A stretch of 60,966 bases of DNA, filler included, from Sphacelaria rigidula (taxonomy: Eukaryota), in NCBI GenBank assembly GCA_964200075.2. It is 7 parts of 7 records of this genome, joined end to end, with 100 filler letters (N's around TTAATTAATTAA, not from the genome) between each part and the next. Parts side by side here need not be neighbours in the genome. Positions count along the whole stretch, not along the records: positions 1 to 8,624 come from CAXNAA020010567.1; positions 8,725 to 17,348 come from CAXNAA020010568.1; 5 more parts are not named here. One strand, 5' to 3'. This document shows positions 1 through 12,080 of the stretch, in pieces; positions within the stretch are counted from its first letter, which is position 1; each line of letters starts with the position of its first letter. The notes below the pieces were generated by a model. The model was not told the DNA's origin and searched no databases. It saw only the letters and a list, made by a program, of their open reading frames with translations. Made by a program: the position numbers and the translations under genes.

Positions 1-8
1 ATAAGAAG

Positions 9-70
9 AGCGACGCCACGAAAACCGGTGAGAAGTAGTTCCCCCGAGTTCAACGGGGAGAGAAGAGAAA
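9..70 (+). repeat. Interspersed repeat end, inverted copy of 8565-8624
   Basis: AGCGACGCCACGAAAACCGGTGAGAAGTAGTTCCCCCGAGTTCAA is nearly the exact reverse complement of the last ~60 bp of this contig. Confidence 0.85.
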
Positions 71-1144
71 GAAAGAAAAAACAAACAAACAAAGAGTAAC
101 AGGCCGAAATAAACCCTTTTGCAGCGAATGTCCCAAAACCGTGTGCGAAGCCGGTGCACGCGCTCGCATGCTTCGTTTGAAGCAAGCAAAATTCGTAACA
201 AATGCTACAAAGCAGGGCATGTGGAGTCTCCCAGCAGGGCGTGGCTCGGGCATACATGCATTTCCCTGAATCAAAGTGGTCGGAATCTTCTCCTGACTGC
301 GCGTTTTCAACGTGTATTTCGTTTCCTTTCTCATATACTTCGTGGCCCCCACTTGAATACGCTGATGAGTAGTCCTTAAGCACGATCAATTCTCGTGAAA
401 AACCTCAGTGTAGTGTGTGCCAGACGAGCCAGGTATATTGGAAAATGACTGACCTTTCCACTTCTTCACTGCATGTATCGGTCGACCCCAACGTCGAAAT
501 ACTCGGAAATCAGCTGCTTACAGCAGTGTCTACACGGGTTGCATGTTTCGGGTACTCAAACGTCCGTGACTTTTCTGTATAACTTGAAGCTGTATCATAA
601 GGCGGCGCCTTGTACATGTTGAGAATCCAGACAGCACAGTCTTTATCTGGGTTTCAATTTCAGCTTTTCAGCAACATACGGTACAACTTGTGACGGTTCA
701 ACGAGATCATGGACCATGAAGCCGTTTCATCGCGTATTATTCGGATTGAATAGGATCTTCATCTTTGGGTATCGAGGAAGAAAACGTGCCATGGTTTGTT
801 ACTCTAGGATACTGTAGCCAAGAACCTAGGCCACGCAGCGAGCAGTGGGTCTAGTGCAAGAGTCAGCAGCACGTTGAATCCGATTATACAAAATAGTTTC
901 TGACAAGCGTGTCCCCATTGACCCAGTATATATATATATATATACTTCGTATACTGTCAAGAGTGGTCGCAACTTGGTTCCGGTGATCCCGATTCCCCAC
1001 GGATTTTACTCTCCCAACTCTCCTTCAGTTCTCTGCTGTGAGAAAATACTGTGCTTTATTCTGTTATGGCCCTCCGGTGAACACCATCTGACTGTTGCCT
1101 TCTGCTGCAAGAAGCCACGGTGCATCCTCTGCTAGTCTGTCGAA

Positions 1145-1290
1145 TGATTGATTTTCGATTGATTGATTGTCACCTTTTAACTAACCCCCCAGTCATGATC
1201 CAGCCGTGGTCACATGACAGATGTACCCCAAGACAGGACGCAACTGAAACACGCTCTGAAAAAAGAAAAGAAACAGAAAAAATAGAACAG
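1145..1290 (-). repeat. Retroposon-like 3' end with (AATC)n tail, same family as 53820-54052
   Basis: GATTGATTGATTGTCAC...GATCCAGCCGTGG...GAAACACGCTCTGAA aligns by eye with the reverse complement of 53930-54052. Confidence 0.75.
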
Positions 1291-2899
1291 AAAAACATAG
1301 CAGACTAAGATGTGAAAAAAAGAAAAATAGAGAAGGAAATATCCGGTCTCTGCTATGCTATTATTAAAATAGTGGGGCGACTGCACCGACTTTCGAAGGA
1401 TCTGTTCAAACTACGGGTCACGTGATTTAGTCACCGTCTAGGACTACAGAAGCAGAACCGCTTGGCCTCCTACAGGTGGGCATCGTCCACAGCTCCGCTG
1501 AGGTGGAGGAACACATGAAAGAGGAAATCAGTGTGTGGATAGTCTTACTACTTGAAAAAGAAGCGTGCCATCGGCGAGTCGTTTTCGCTCGAGGTGCGAC
1601 AGTTGAGATCTGAAATATTGAGGATAGGTACTAATCATCCATTTGAAGGCCATGCATAACTTGGAGCTTGTTTCCGCCTTGGTATCAGCATCGCGCATAT
1701 CAACGCATAGAACAATCGAACAAAAACTCAATCTCGTTAGTTTAGTTTCATCAGTTCGTCCCCTAACTGGCGCTACCGGGCCGTATGCGGTATCATGACG
1801 TGATTCTTTATGATGTAAGCACCCGGTCGACGGTCGATTCGACCGCGCGGGGCACTCCGGGGAGGTTGTGCAGCAGGAAGAAACGCACATTTTGTGCCAT
1901 TGCTCGCTGCTGCTCGGGCTGTGTGCCCAGGGGATATTTTTTTTGTCGCAAGTTGCGGGATTACCCTGCGGCTGCAGCAATCAAGCTGCAGACCACCGAG
2001 CATGAGTATACCGAGAAGTGGACAATACCAGCGAACAGTAGAGAGCGGCACGTCGGCTGCTTGTTGGCGATAGTCAGGAAGTCACCGATAAAAGTCGACG
2101 ATCCTCTTTTATAGTGCCTCTGGGTAACTTCTACTCGAGCACGTGTATGATGGAAAAGCACAATTGCATCTACGCCTTCAGATACGCCCAGCAACAAAGA
2201 CGGCGACCAGTGCAGATACACGTTTTTTCAAACGGCATCATGCATATTATTTCCGTCAAGGGGTTGAGAGCACGGAGTTCCACATATACTCAATTCTGCA
2301 GGCCCCCTGGCCATATCCTGTTGTATGTTTTCAGCGTCGCATGTGCAACTGTCACTTCTAAATTTCGATTTTTCATTTACATGTTCCATGTTACTGATTT
2401 TCCTTTTCCTGGCATTTGGTAAGGGATGAGGGTATGATGAATAAGATCTTGCCCGAACCACCAGATATTCATACACCACGCCTTCCCCTTGTTATAGAAA
2501 CCCGGATGAACTGTACGGCATATTATAAACCGGATGTCTGCACAACTGTGGCTCCCTCGCGAGGGCTAACTCACACGGCTCATCGAACGACGACGCCTCA
2601 CATCATGCGAATATTAATTTCACTTTATGATGAAACTGCTGCTCTACGGAGGTTGCGATGTAATATAATGGTGGTTATAGACACACACACACGCACACAC
2701 AAGAACGTGTGTGACCTGATACTGCCCTCCTTTCATCTTACGAAGGTTTCCAATTTCCAGATTTTGATAGGTTTCCAAAGGAGACCTGAAGTTACAAGTA
2801 AGAGAAGACTACAGGAATACCACATAATCTTCCCTCCACCCCGTCGTTCCTAGTCGGAAATTAAGCTATCCCGTCTCGGCCATGTCCAAGACTGGTTTA

Positions 2900-4270
2900 C
2901 TCGCAAGCGATCGTTGCTGTCGCTGTACCAACGGTGTAACCACCTCTGGCAGTTTTCCGCGCAGCAGCCTCATGCTTGTGGCGTAGTTTGGATCTACGGA
3001 GGTCTTCATTCCGCCACGCTTGCTCGAACTCCTTCACACTCTCCGGGACACCTTGGTGCCAATTGTCCACGTTTTTGCAACGATGACTCAACCGCACGAA
3101 AGTCCACCTAAATGTCGTAGCCACGGCTCTTCCCTTCAATACGTGGAATAGCCCGTAGAGCGGGCGGATTCTACTTCAGCCCGCCCACCCAGTCCTGTGG
3201 AAGTCGGCAAGTCTCCTCGGGTCATTCTGCGATTAGCTGCTCGAAGATGATGCGGTTTGAGAGGCGAGTGTCGTCCTGCGAAATAGAACACGTGGTTTTA
3301 CAAATTGGGGATGAAAACCCGGAGAACTAAAATCCTCGTATCCACACGAAATCTTCGAATTATGGTTCCATTTCTCTACTTGCTGGTAGCTATTAACAAC
3401 TACTGCACGCCATACGAATTTGGATTTCGATAAGCGAAATGTTGGGGTCCTAGGTGAAGAATCAATTTTGGGGTCCGATCAGAGCACCAAAATCCCCCAA
3501 AATGTTTTTTTCACCTAGGACTCCAACATCTCTACTATCGCAATCCAAGTATTTATGACGTGTAGTAGTTGTCGATGGCTACCAGCAAGTGAAGAAATGG
3601 AACCATGTTTCGAAGATTTGGTTTGTATACGAAGATTTCAATTCTCCGGGTTCTCATCCCCAACAAAATATTATCCCAATTTTGTAAAATCACGTGAATG
3701 TACGGGCCTTTGTGCACCCTGGTTGACACCTGCGAATGGTCGTCTCGACACTTTCAGATTTGGTTACTCAGAGCAGATTCTTAAATTGTGCACTTCGATC
3801 CTTCCTTCGGAATCGACTGCTCGCGGCAGGAGGTTGTGGTGGACAGTGGGTAAACTCTCGGAGTCCTCCGATCGCGAACTTCATATACGAACTATCCTTT
3901 ACCATACTCGTACCCTTGCGTCTCGTCAGGTGTTGTTGAGATTATGGTTAAGTGACGATACTGTGCTGTACTATGCTTTGACGGAATCCTTGCAGCGTGA
4001 GGTCTCCCCGGAGCGCTTGGCCTCTGGTGTTAAGGCAGTTCCGCGTACTTCGAGAGTCAGAGAATCGCTCATGCCCACATGGTGTGAACCCTAATCCCAC
4101 TGCCGTCGTACGGGGAGGTGGTAATGCTGCAAAAATGTTACGATCCAAGTTGTGCGGGTTGTCGTACATTGCGGCGTCCCCGCAGACCTTACTCCTCCTA
4201 CAGGCCAAACAAGTATAGGTCCAATACGGTGTTGCTCGCCCATTTCGTCGCAGTCGGCGTACGGTGAGAA
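2900..4270 (-). mobile_element. Highly degraded RTE-like LINE ORF2 C-terminal fragment, interrupted by a foldback element
   Basis: Minus-strand remnants LPTVHHNLLPR, SESVETTIRR and SQDDTRLSNRIIFEQL resemble the RTE post-RT C-terminus. There are many stops and frameshifts; boundaries are approximate. Confidence 0.55.
3289..3696. mobile_element. Foldback/MITE-like element (~408 bp, almost wholly palindromic)
   Basis: Ends CACGTGGTTTTACAAA...TTTGTAAAATCACGTG. The arms pair over ~180 bp (TGGTTCCATTTCT/AGAAATGGAACCA, ACTTGCTGGTAGC/GCTACCAGCAAGT, CCTAGGTGAA/TTCACCTAGG). AA flanks both sides. Confidence 0.85.
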
Positions 4271-4527
4271 TCACATCGGCACTGTTTATCTGGAAACTTC
4301 CTGCCTCCTTTTTTTTGTCGCTTTGAACCCCCCTTCCTTTCCTCGGGACGAGTCCGTGGTCTCAAGAGAACATCCCATCTCTCCCCGGTACACGCCTTGC
4401 ATTTTGATCTCGAGGATTGGGTCAGCACTCTCGTACCGCGTCAACTCACGTCAAACAAGCTCTGTCGACTACTTTGTTCACTCACGTTCCCACGCTTTGC
4501 CACGGTGGAAATAAGGTGTTTACGAAG

Positions 4528-4612
4528 AAAAAACCCGAGGCATCGGGAATCGAACCCTCGTTCTCTCCACCCTTATGGCGACAGTCGGACCATTTACACC
4601 ACCAGGTCGCGG
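4528..4612 (-). mobile_element. tRNA-derived SINE head or tRNA-like pseudogene
   Basis: On the minus strand: A-box TGGTGTAAATGG, B-box GGTTCGATTCC, then a T-run. No convincing acceptor or anticodon stem. Confidence 0.55.
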
Positions 4613-4789
4613 CGGCTTCCTCACTGTACAGTGACTGTCAATTTCGTTGGTTTCGATTTTGAGGTGCACGTTAGCAGCACGGACCGCGGAAGAACAGTCA
4701 CCAGTCACCGAACTCGGCTCTGCTACTCTCCTTATGTAGTGTTTGACTCGCGTCCGTCCACGTCTGTGGAGCCTCACCGGATATCCACG

Positions 4790-4990
4790 GGGGAGCTGTA
4801 ATCCTATGGAGGTAGCGCAGGATCTTCGAAGGCTGCCCGTCCGATCAAGGTTCGAAGAGTGCAGCAGGTAACCCATCGGACCTCATCGCTTTGTCGTTAG
4901 CCATAGATTCCAGTACCTCTTCCTGCTCAGCTGTTGGCACATGCTCGAGCAACGCAGTCTTTGGACGTGGTGTAGTCCTCTCGGTGACGG
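4790..4990 (-). mobile_element. LINE ORF2 fragment just upstream of the RT domain
   Basis: EEVLESMANDKAMRSDGLPAALF resembles the L..M.N.KA.GPDGLPAEL motif of non-LTR ORF2. The frame is broken afterwards. Confidence 0.6.
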
Positions 4991-6683
4991 TCCAATCAAG
5001 AGCGGCTAGTGCATTCGATGAAATGCAGATCTCCCGCTTCCATCTCTGACGGACCTGATCGCTCTGCCGTAAGCAGTTCCCCGCCCCGTCGTGACTGTGC
5101 TGTTGCTGCCCTCTTCTCTCGATGCTCCCCAACGGTGTCTATGGTGGCCACTCATGCTCCCGACTCCGATGTACTCTCCCAGCTCCGTCGCATTCACGTC
5201 TCTGCCCCTGTCGAAGGCAGCCTGGAACTATTCCCTGGGCTTCTTGCACGCTCCTCGCAAAGTGAGCCAAACGGGCCCGCCCGAGGCCCCACACGCTTCA
5301 CCGTCCTTGCTCATTCTCTCTGTTCCCAGGCCTTATCAGAGTCAACGCGGAATGCAGCTTTCTCAAACCATCCGTGGGATTTTCATGGTGAGCATGGTTT
5401 TACCTTTGCTGCGGACCTGAAGATCTATCGACAAAGTTGGCTGCCATTTAACAACGGTATATCCTGGCTGACTTACTGCGTACGCGTTCCTGACGATACT
5501 TCCCATTCAACACTCATCCGCCGGTGTCATACATGACTGCTTCCCCCCGTATGAGCCCGCGCAGCGTGGGGGCTCGCCGCTCTATGTTGCGTGCAAACCT
5601 GCCTAGGGCCCACGGTGTGACGCACACGATGTTATGGTCTAGATTCAGCGGGTTCAGGTAGTTTCAGGGTGAACGTGACATTTCGAACAAACGAACGGCG
5701 ACCTTACCGTGTACAGTGTTGTTGGTTGATGAATTTCTTGTCCGTGGGACGGCTCGCATTACTATCCAAGGTACGAGACGTGACGGCCTTGGTGGGAACG
5801 AAAAACGGTTCGGACTGGGAAAGCCTCTTGTCACCAGCAGCTCCCAGTAAATAGTCCCGTTGCTGTCTTTGTCCCGGGAGTCCCTCTCATACGTCGCTAC
5901 TACTCTAGAACCCGTGCCTGCCCCGCGTACCCAAGTCCTAGCGTTAGCGCCTATCGAAGCAAAGTCGTGGTCTTCGTTAGGTACTTGATTCGGAGACACT
6001 CCCCTTTATTTCCGTGAAGTTGACATGTCGGTCGAGGCATCTGTGATGATTGACGTCAGAGCGTTCGATATTGCCTGTTGCGCTGAACGTCATGGACGTG
6101 AGGAGCTCGTTGATGGACGCCCGTGCACGGGTGATCGGTTCCTTTATCGCCGAACCGACTCAATATTACCCAGCCATTTCCCTATCCAGATCTATGTCAG
6201 AAAAGAACCGGTGATATTCTGCAACAATAAACGATGTTCTCCCCAGTTGGCGTGTATCCTGCAGTCCGATGACACAAGGCGTCAGTTTGATCGACTGATA
6301 GATTGTCGCCTATGAAGTGGTTGATTGACTACCAACCCAGCCGTAGTCATGAAGACGACACTTGATGAAGGAAACTTGAGAAAAGGGGTATCGACGAATA
6401 ACAGCAGAAACGAAAACGTGCACCAACGATCGACTATCATTGATGCAAGGCTACGAATTAGAACCAGTCCCGAGGAAATCCCCGCAGACGCCTGTCAGAG
6501 CTTCAGGTACGGAAGTCATACAAAACAAAAGACGTTACAGCAGGTTGCATGTTAGCTAGCTGGACAGAGCTATTCTCGTCAGCTAGTGTTCTCGGAGGCG
6601 CTGGATATTGTCAGTTTTGAGAAAGTGCATTAAGCCAATGATAAAAGAAAACGGCCGACGTTGTCTACCTCAGTATCGAATGC

Positions 6684-6910
6684 CGGTCGCCCCGGTGGCT
6701 CAGTTGGTAACCTCGAAACCGTCTGATGGTTGGATCGTGGTTTCGAACGTCGGTGACGTCACACGATCTGGGATTTTTTTCTCACACCATGCCCAACAGT
6801 AGAGAGCGACTACGTCGTGGGTTAGGGTACACAAATATCGACTCCACGGTCGACGAGGAAACGGAACTGCTGGACCCCTCTCGCGATAACCATCAACGCA
6901 AGCACCGCAG
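6684..6910 (+). mobile_element. tRNA-derived SINE, family A copy 1
   Basis: A-box TGGCTCAGTTGG and B-box-like GGTTTCGAAC. The body (CAACAGT..AGAGCGAC..TCGAC..ACGGTCGACGAG) is shared with 43372-43520 and 55480-55660. Confidence 0.75.
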
Positions 6911-7339
6911 AACAAGGAGTACTAGAACAAAAAACAAAAGAGGAAAAACTCCTGTGTTGGCCTTCCTCCTGTGTGACCTCGGCTGATGCGCCCACCTATA
7001 CCGAAGGGTGTAGACTGGCGTCCAGAAAAAGTGGGATGGCAACAAACACACACAATATCACCATCAGCAAAGACGCAGTTCATTCCATCGAAATCACCCG
7101 CTGTATCGGCGCTGCGTGAGCCCGCCTCCGGAAGTACAGTTCCCAGCTCTACGGTCATCCCAGTGCTTAGCTATTGCTCAGGGTCCAGTTGCTCCAAGTG
7201 TAGGTGGTGAATGATATGCTGGTACGTGGACGCTGCGCCTCGAGGACTTCTTGAGCCTGCGCACTGCCGACCATGATTCCACTGCTTCATCAAGAGCTGT
7301 GCCCGAGATGAATAAACGCGGATATATGTATCAAGAGGA

Positions 7340-7690
7340 CTAGCCGCAAGCATCAATTTTGGTTCCCGGAGTCCTTGTCCGGCAGGACGAGGTGCGTTTT
7401 CCGAAGCGCATAACCTTCGGACGGTTGGCCACACACGGGCTCGAGAAGGCCGATTGGACTTCAATACATCGGGGGGAAGCACCTGCGTACCCTGGGGGCC
7501 ATCCCACGTGAGGAAGAACAAAAGGGGTGGTTCGCTCATGCTGTTCAGGCCAAACACTTGTAAGATTGGGTTACTGCCACTGAGAACGCGTGCAAGAGCA
7601 CCTGGGAAACGAGACCGGAGCGGAGGAGCTCTACAAGGCGTAGAGACGCGAAGACATCCGCTCATCCACACTACGCCGAACCCGCTGGCA
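7340..7690 (+). mobile_element. RTE-like LINE C-terminal fragment
   Basis: RKHQFWF, then a frameshift, then GVLVRQDEVRFPKRITFGRLA, which resembles the RTE R.LPKR..FG C-terminal motif. Confidence 0.6.
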
Positions 7691-7793
7691 TAACAAATGC
7701 AGCAACTCGGGAAGACTCTGAAAATGAAATGATCGAGCGAGTAGCCTGGTTAGTTCCTTGCTGAAGATGAGGGAGGGGGGGCGGACGGCGTAC

Positions 7794-8295
7794 TCATTTA
7801 TTGCTTGCGTTAGTCGTTTGACCATTGCCCCCGCACCACTTTCGAGACGGAGCACCGTTTCTACTCCTTATGGAGACACTTCCAACATTTGAGTGCTCAT
7901 TACGATTCTTCCATACATTCCACAAAATCCCCTTCCAAACCTTATCCCCGTCCTGTTTCGCCGTCTGTGGCCACCATCTATCTCCTAGTGTGGCCTTCGT
8001 TTTCTCCCTACTGTCGAATGCATCAAACGATTTCATGCCACTTTCGTTCACTGCCCGCATTTCCCCCACCAGCACGTCCCGTTCCTCCTTGTATAGTTCA
8101 CATTCTGCCACTATATGACTTCTGCTTTTTATTTCTTCGCCACAGGGGCAATTCTGTGCATCTACGCCCTCCTCCTTTGCACTACTGGTGTATCTCTTTC
8201 TTCTCTCTGGCAGATCCAGGTCCTCCACGCGAAATCGCAGTTTCATCTTTTTCGCGGAGTCCCTTGGACCATGCAGATATGTTTGAAGTCTGTAT
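7794..8295 (-). mobile_element. 5'-truncated LINE 3' end (ORF2 C-terminus with zinc knuckle)
   Basis: The ORF contains CPCGEEIKSRSHIVAEC (CxC..H...C knuckle of LINE ORF2) and LWNVWKNRN, followed by a stop. Confidence 0.75.
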
Positions 8296-8564
8296 GAGGG
8301 GGGGTGGGGGGAGCGAGTAACAAGGGGAACTAGTACTCCTCCTTCATCCCATCGATTGTTGCCTTCTTGCCATGGCCTGCTACTCTGGCCGGGCACCCTT
8401 GCTCTTTTTTTGTTTCATGTTCTGCTTTGCTTTTAGATCCCTTTTCCGGCTTCCTCTCGTGATCTATTCTGGCGTCTCCTTCATCTGGTTAACTCCCCCC
8501 CCCCTTTCCTCTTTTTTTTTCTTTCTATCCTTCCCTCTTATCTCGTCTTATCTTTCTTTTTCTT

Positions 8565-8624
8565 TCTTTTCTCTCCCCATTGAACTCGGGGGAGCTACTT
8601 CTCACCGGTTTTCGTGGCGTCGCT
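8565..8624 (-). repeat. Interspersed repeat end, inverted copy of 9-70
   Basis: TTGAACTCGGGGGAGCTACTTCTCACCGGTTTTCGTGGCGTCGCT is the reverse complement of the contig start. Confidence 0.85.
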
Positions 8625-8724
8625 NNNNNNNNNNNNNNNNNNNNNNNNNNNNNNNNNNNNNNNNNNNNTTAATTAATTAANNNNNNNNNNNNNNNNNNNN
8701 NNNNNNNNNNNNNNNNNNNNNNNN
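8625..8724. other. Artificial contig spacer (44 N + TTAATTAATTAA + 44 N)
   Basis: Exactly 100 bp. The central 12-mer gives TAA stops in all six frames. The same spacer occurs six times. Confidence 0.98.
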
Positions 8725-8800
8725 TTGGATGAGATAAAGGGCTCCTAACAATCCCAACCTCAGAAAATATTTGTGTACCCCTACCGTAGCATCACTTTCG
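8725..8800 (+). repeat. Interspersed repeat, family B (also 43621-43690 and inverted at 51750-51820)
   Basis: GAGATAAAGGGCTCCTAACAAT...TGTACCCCTACCGTAGCATCACT is shared among the three places. Confidence 0.85.
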
Positions 8801-11789
8801 CACAGTTTGGGACACGCGCAGCCCCAATACTGCACACAGCATGACTGCGCTCTGCATGCAGTACTGGTGGATACTACGATGTTGTTGTTCTCGGAGGTCA
8901 TGATGATATTGGGCATTTTTGCTCTCAGCATCACACCATGTGACGGGACGTTGGATGTAAACATGGACCGACAACGCTGAAGAATGAGACCACCGCCGTT
9001 TTTTCCGTTTTTTGGAGCGGAAAAATGAAACAGCGGGTGCAACTTTTCCAGAAACACGCCCATCGCCAACCCCTTGAATGCCACGGTGAGGTCATCCAAG
9101 GGATAAAAAGGGAGTAAATATCGGCCCGCACGCCCAGATGACCATGTACCAGGTATCACCTTTTTGTACTGTTGTACTGTATCTTTGTGTTTTTCGAATT
9201 GAATTCAACATATTTTTATTACCGCAACTGCTGTCTGTACAGAGGCACCGTACTCGCACCAGCATGGTGCCCCTCGCCTTGGGATTGCATTTGCCTTGTG
9301 AAGGATACAACTATATCCACAACATAACGGCCGGAAGAGGCAAGGGAAAATGTGTGTTTACAGTATAAAGGTAGAAAGTGAGAGGTTCAGAGGGCATGTC
9401 CAGTATAACCCACTCACGATGCTCTCCAGCGTCCGTTTCACCCTGCAGCTCCTCCCCCCGCGCGCAACAAGCAACACGAGGACGTAGCCCCTGACTTTGT
9501 GTAGTAACTAAACAGCAGCGCAGAACAGGGTACCATATACCGTCGGGCTCACGCGTTGGAGGGAGCGACAACGCGATAAATCAAGCAAGCTCCATGAGCA
9601 TCTCACTCGACATGTATCAACGTTGTTCCAACCGCGTTGCGTGCTGTGTGTGGTACTTCCAGAGCGCATACATGGCATACGTGCCGTACGACACGTCGTG
9701 GACGGAAGCAGGAAGACGGTAAAATGCAAGACAGCAGGCACACTTCGGATACCCCCTGAATTCATGCAGCGCACGAAAATGCCAGCTAGTAGACGGTAGT
9801 GCCACAACGGTACAGTGCATGAAATCAGGACGTGAGCCGCTCATGGTCTCTAAACTCTTCGGATACCTGTCGTATGTGAAATCGGCCAGTATCGCTCTCT
9901 CTTCACGAAAAACAGCGGAGTGAGGAGTGAACCGGGCCAATCCTGAGATACGGCGCGTCAAGTGCGGTCGATGGTTTTCGACGTTGTGTGTACGAAATCT
10001 GAGTTGCTGTCAGCAATTCTCGCACATGTTGAAGCCTTCTTTCCCGGCCTTGTGCATCGCTCAGCAGCCCTCTGTTCACCGTAATCTTCATCTCGCAATT
10101 TTCATCCCGTGTACCGTTTGGTGGAGTAATTGAAGTTGAAAAACACGCGTCGCTGCATCAACGATGCAACAGGGATTGCACATGAGCTACCAGAGGGTAG
10201 GTCTTTTCTTGTTCCTAGTACAGCAAAATCTGCAGGGAAACTACTATTGCACGATCCGCACTGTGTCTGCATAGGTTCTGCGTGCACATTATTACCAGCT
10301 ATCTATGGCAACCCCCTTCCCCACCCCAGCAATTGATGCAAAAGTGGTGGCGTCTCATACTGATGGCGGCGCCGGCTTTCTGGGGAGGTTGGGTATGTTG
10401 CAGTCATGCAGAACATGTTCATCTACGGAACTTTCAAAATTCAGATTTGGAGAGAAAAGAGCCACCGTGGTTACGAATTACATACGGAGCGCCAATCGGA
10501 CGCAGATGAAGAAGCACCGGACATCGAGGCAGGGCATGCCTACGCGCAGTTGTGCGCAGTGCCAGCAGCCTATCCTCTTCATGTATACGTGCAGCACGTA
10601 CACGGCAGCAAGAGAGAGGAGATCTGGTCTGCTGTTGGCTGTTCGTTTTTGTGTCTGCTGTGCGGCGAGTTGAAGTTCCGAAGGCAAGGAGCGAAACGTG
10701 ACGTGAAAACGTGAGGACCAAGATTGGACATACATCGTAAGGGCCACCCCTGAACGGCACTCATGTGCACGGTTAGATCTCCAGCCATTGCCTGCCAATA
10801 CACCGTGGATGCCGCACGTGGAGAAGGTGGTGTGCACCCTATATGTAGGCATAGGTGAGGGTACTGTCTCTGCACTCTGCACAAAACTGAACGTTTCCGG
10901 TTCATTTTGCTGAACCTGCGCCAGAACATCTCACACATATATAAAGCAGTTGCGTTTAGTCCATCTACCCGCCCCCACCTAGCATCCAATGTAACGTACC
11001 CCTCTAGAAGGAGAGGTGCGTGACTTATCATCGTCTTCAGCGGTGAGGCTCACCTTCTCGTTTGGATTTGGGTCGAAACGGATGTCGATTACGTCTCAGT
11101 AGGTCGCAGACAACGCAGATGACGGCAGCAGACAGGAGAGTGCTAAATAAACACGAAAGATCGCGGTCTGTAGGATTTGCGGAATGTTAATATGCCACGC
11201 GTATATATTTATCATGCTACTATGAACTGGCACTGACTTGATCCAGCTGCCAGGCAGTTGGTATATGAGCATCAAATGGGCACACCGACTACTAGACAAG
11301 CAGTACCACTGGCATGCCTCACGCTATCGGTGGCACCTCTTGTACAAGGCTTTATAATCGGCGTTTTACATGCAGCACAACAAATAAGCCAACTCAACGG
11401 GTATGGATTGCATCATGAGCGACATGCACTTGGCACATTGAGGACAACATCAGGACGAGGCATTTTGTCGGCTGGTGTTAGCACCATAGGCGGAGACTCT
11501 TCCGCCTTGGGCTCTCGCGCGGCATCCTCGGCGGTAGCGGCGGAGATAACTCCTCGCACGGTAAGTACATGATAAGATTCAAGTGATGTAGAAATGTGTA
11601 CCACTCTGTTTCGAAATCTAAGGGATGTTTGGAAACGCCGAAATATAGGGGATTTGGGATTTGGGCGAATCAAAGATGTACCGGGACATAATCTGCTTAA
11701 TTAAATTAGCGGGCGAAGGCCCCATCACGAGCCAAACCTCCCACACGAAGAGTAGGGTAACCCAAAGTGAATTGAGAGAAGCGCGACTA

Positions 11790-12080
11790 TTGCCGAGTGT
11801 TCAAACTCGGCACTGCCCCAAAATTGAAGACCTATTCACGATTAGACGGGGAACTAAAACATGGGACACATCCTGCTTCACTACTACTTTACTGTACCTT
11901 GGCAAAAACACTTTAGCCTCTCTCATGTGTTGGAGCTTCCACTGTTCTGTAGTGTGTTCACGCATTGCGAAGACGGTTTGGATCGCATGAGCTGCGATAT
12001 TATTGTCGTTGTGTTCGTCTCTCCAGAGAACAATGTCAGTCGGCACGCAGTGCTGGCTGCACACTGTTGAAAGCTTTATG
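11790..12080 (-). repeat. Fragment of the ~0.9-kb TIR element seen in contig 5
   Basis: CACTGTTCTGTAGTGTGTT...GCGAAGACGGTTTGG...CAGTCGGCACGCAGTG is the reverse complement of the 38960-39120 and 39860-40070 regions. Confidence 0.7.

Noticed and set aside
4528-4612. Functional tRNA gene
   Set aside because: A and B boxes are present, but I could not form acceptor and anticodon stems.
1-8624. Whole of contig 1 as one 8.6-kb transposon or linear element with TIRs
   Set aside because: The interior is only decayed LINE/SINE debris with no transposase or polymerase. The contig more likely broke at two inverted copies of a high-copy repeat.
8669-8680. TTAATTAATTAA palindrome recurring every ~8.72 kb
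   Set aside because: It is an artificial linker embedded in N runs.
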